DNA of 62,558 bases, counting the filler, from Choristocarpus tenellus KU-1152 (Eukaryota > Protista > Phaeophyceae), in assembly GCA_964200185.2 (NCBI GenBank). It is 11 parts of 11 records of this genome, joined end to end, with 100 filler letters (N's around TTAATTAATTAA, not from the genome) between each part and the next. Parts side by side here need not be neighbours in the genome. Positions count along the whole stretch, not along the records: positions 56,947 to 62,558 come from CAXNAD020010253.1; 10 more parts are not named here. The stretch is one strand, 5' to 3'. Below the pieces are notes generated by a model, which saw only the letters and a list, made by a program, of their open reading frames with translations, ran no database searches and was not told the origin of the DNA. The translations under genes and the position numbers were made by a program. This document shows positions 60,485 through 62,558 of this stretch, piece by piece; within the stretch, counting starts at the first letter, position 1; every line of letters begins with the position of its first letter.

Positions 60485-62558
60485 TTTTCTGAACACTTTT
60501 CAACACATAGTTTTTCGACTATTGTATGGTTGTGTTCCGTATACAGCATGAATGATTTTGTCTTACTGATATTGAACTCCATGATAGAATGACAATATTG
60601 TGCTGAGAGAGTCCACTTCTTTTGCAACCCTACATGAGTAATAGTTAAAACTCAACTCCTTTTTAATCCAGATATGAAAGGATCCAAAGGGAAAGACAAG
60701 TTCACTGCGCTATGCATATGCCATGTGGCTGCTGGGATGTCAGTTTCAGGGGAATTGTCATGGAACAACTTTACTACTACTCATGTGGGCAATGCCAGTC
60801 AGCACAGGCGACCTTTTGTAGACCAAGCTCAGTCTATGATGAAACGATTAAAGCAACTGAGGATGCAATAAAGGGCAAGGAGGCCCATGTATTATCGTGT
60901 CCCCTTTCTTTGCAGTCAAGAGGTGGACATATATGTATGCTGTATTCTGCATTTCCGAGGGGTACACTCCATAGGGTATTTAAGTTTATCGTGAAGCAAA
61001 TTTCAGCGGTAGTTGACGACACCATTATTATTGTACAGTGGAGTAGTTAGAATGATGTGCTTTTTTTTTTGTGGTAAAGCTCTAGTACAGAAAGTCATGC
61101 AGAGTGCATGATGCGAAACTTTGGGTGTTCTATTTGCGGTGTGAATCTTGCCTTTCACGTGATGCTACGGCCTCTGTCACCTACTCCTTGAATATCATTT
61201 TTGTAATGGAAATATACTGTGATAAAGAAGGGAGGCATCTATGTCCCTCTCTCTCCAATGGTATACATTCCTCATGACATCTTGTAAGAGGGCTCACAGG
61301 GGGCTTTGTTCGCCAGCAAAATGATGGTGTGTGCACTACTTGCATGTCCTCGGCAGAACATGGACGGCAGGCTAAAGCCCCCCACACGCAATTTCTGGCA
61401 CTCGAGCTTGGATCTACTGGGGGTACCTCCCCTAAACTGAGGAGGTGGTGTCACATTGTCTCTCCATTCTCTTCCTCCTGTGGATCTTCCCCCTCCCCTT
61501 TTATCTGAAGAACCTGTCTGCCTGTTTCCATCTGTTCACATCTCTACCATTTTTTATTTTTTATTATCTCTTTCATTAATTCCTTCGATTTGCGAAGTGT
61601 AATACGACTACTATTATGTTAAGTGCGATATGAATCTTGTGATTCTGTGGCGGTGTGGTTCACTCAGACAAGGGTGGTGAAGAGAATCACCGTCCGAGAT
61701 GGACCAAGATGAACCGTAACGGAGAGGACAAGGTTAAAGTTGGACAAGTGGAAGACTGGAAGGACTTGGAGAAAATGTGGAGCAGTGATAATCTTATGAG
61801 AGGGGAATCATGACAAACGTCAAGACGTGACAACAAACAGAATCTTTGATGTGTGGTATCTCTGATTGCAGGGATATGTAACTGGCGGGATTATTGGTTT
61901 CTTGCACAAAATTCCCCTCCTCGATTATTTGGAAAATTCTCCACCGGAATAGGAAATTCCTGACAAGGAAACTTCAATCGGTATAACGGTATATGACATA
62001 CGGCAATAACAGTATAACAACAGACAAACTTGCTTTCTACAGTGTTGGCAGTCGCCTCCTGCATCAACTTTATCGTGCCAAAACTTTGATTGACAACAAT
62101 TTTTCATGAACATTGGTTCGTTGTAATCGCATCAGCATGCTTGACCTTAACTGATGGGTCTCGGTTGGTCAACTTACAGTAATCGTGAGAAATACGGGAC
62201 CATACTTAGATCAAGTAGTTCGCGCGAACCGCGCATTTAAGGATGAGATTGACGCCTGATGAGTTCATCTTCACCTGGAGAACATGCGCATTGTTGTCTC
62301 TCCATTCTCTTTCCATTATTTCCCGTTTATGTGATGTTGTCACCTGCTGGCTAAGGCTTACTCGTGGGGACCCAGGCCTCTGAACCGGACAATCCATGCC
62401 AAGTCGAATTAGATATTCTGAAGGTGCGGGCCTCCTGTGAGACTTAAATGTCTTGTACACCCTGTCCAATTTCACGCACTCCATGCCTTCTCATTGGAAT
62501 ATATCTGGTGGTAAGCAATACTCAACCTGAAGAACCTCTCCACAATTACTCTGGACAG

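Noticed and set aside
60620-61160. piggyBac-like Cys-rich tail (FGCSICGVNL)
   Set aside because: Single short motif; no DDD core or TTAA-flanked ends found.

Overview
This is eukaryotic, intron-rich genomic DNA, not one continuous locus. It is 11 draft-assembly pieces joined by ten identical artificial 100-nt linkers (44 N + TTAATTAATTAA + 44 N), so gene order across linkers carries no information. An EsV-1-7 repeat protein, scattered CCCTAA repeats, long introns and DD~40D mariners point to a brown-algal or related stramenopile genome (inference). Spliced gene models that can be rebuilt from exon phases: a bZIP transcription factor, an EsV-1-7 repeat protein, dolichol kinase, one CPSF1 exon, a SHOCT-like/U-box-like hypothetical protein, GLE1 and an RRM/RGG protein. 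Head-to-head with the RRM gene is the most unusual gene in the window: a three-part fusion of a SPIRAL1/Jupiter-like PPGG motif, a catalytically degenerate lumazine-synthase (RibH) fold and calcyphosin-type EF-hands. The rest is dense with repeats: about 16 copies of MITEs with GRG/GGC-TCAAA-type ends and 4-bp TSDs (Sola2-like), three mariner remnants, a Ty1/Copia remnant, solo-LTR-like elements with 5-bp TSDs, a hairpin repeat resembling Helentron/HINE ends, a possible tRNA-SINE and several minisatellites. No CRISPR array, rRNA or intact tRNA was seen. All family assignments come from motif recognition by eye; no database searches were run.
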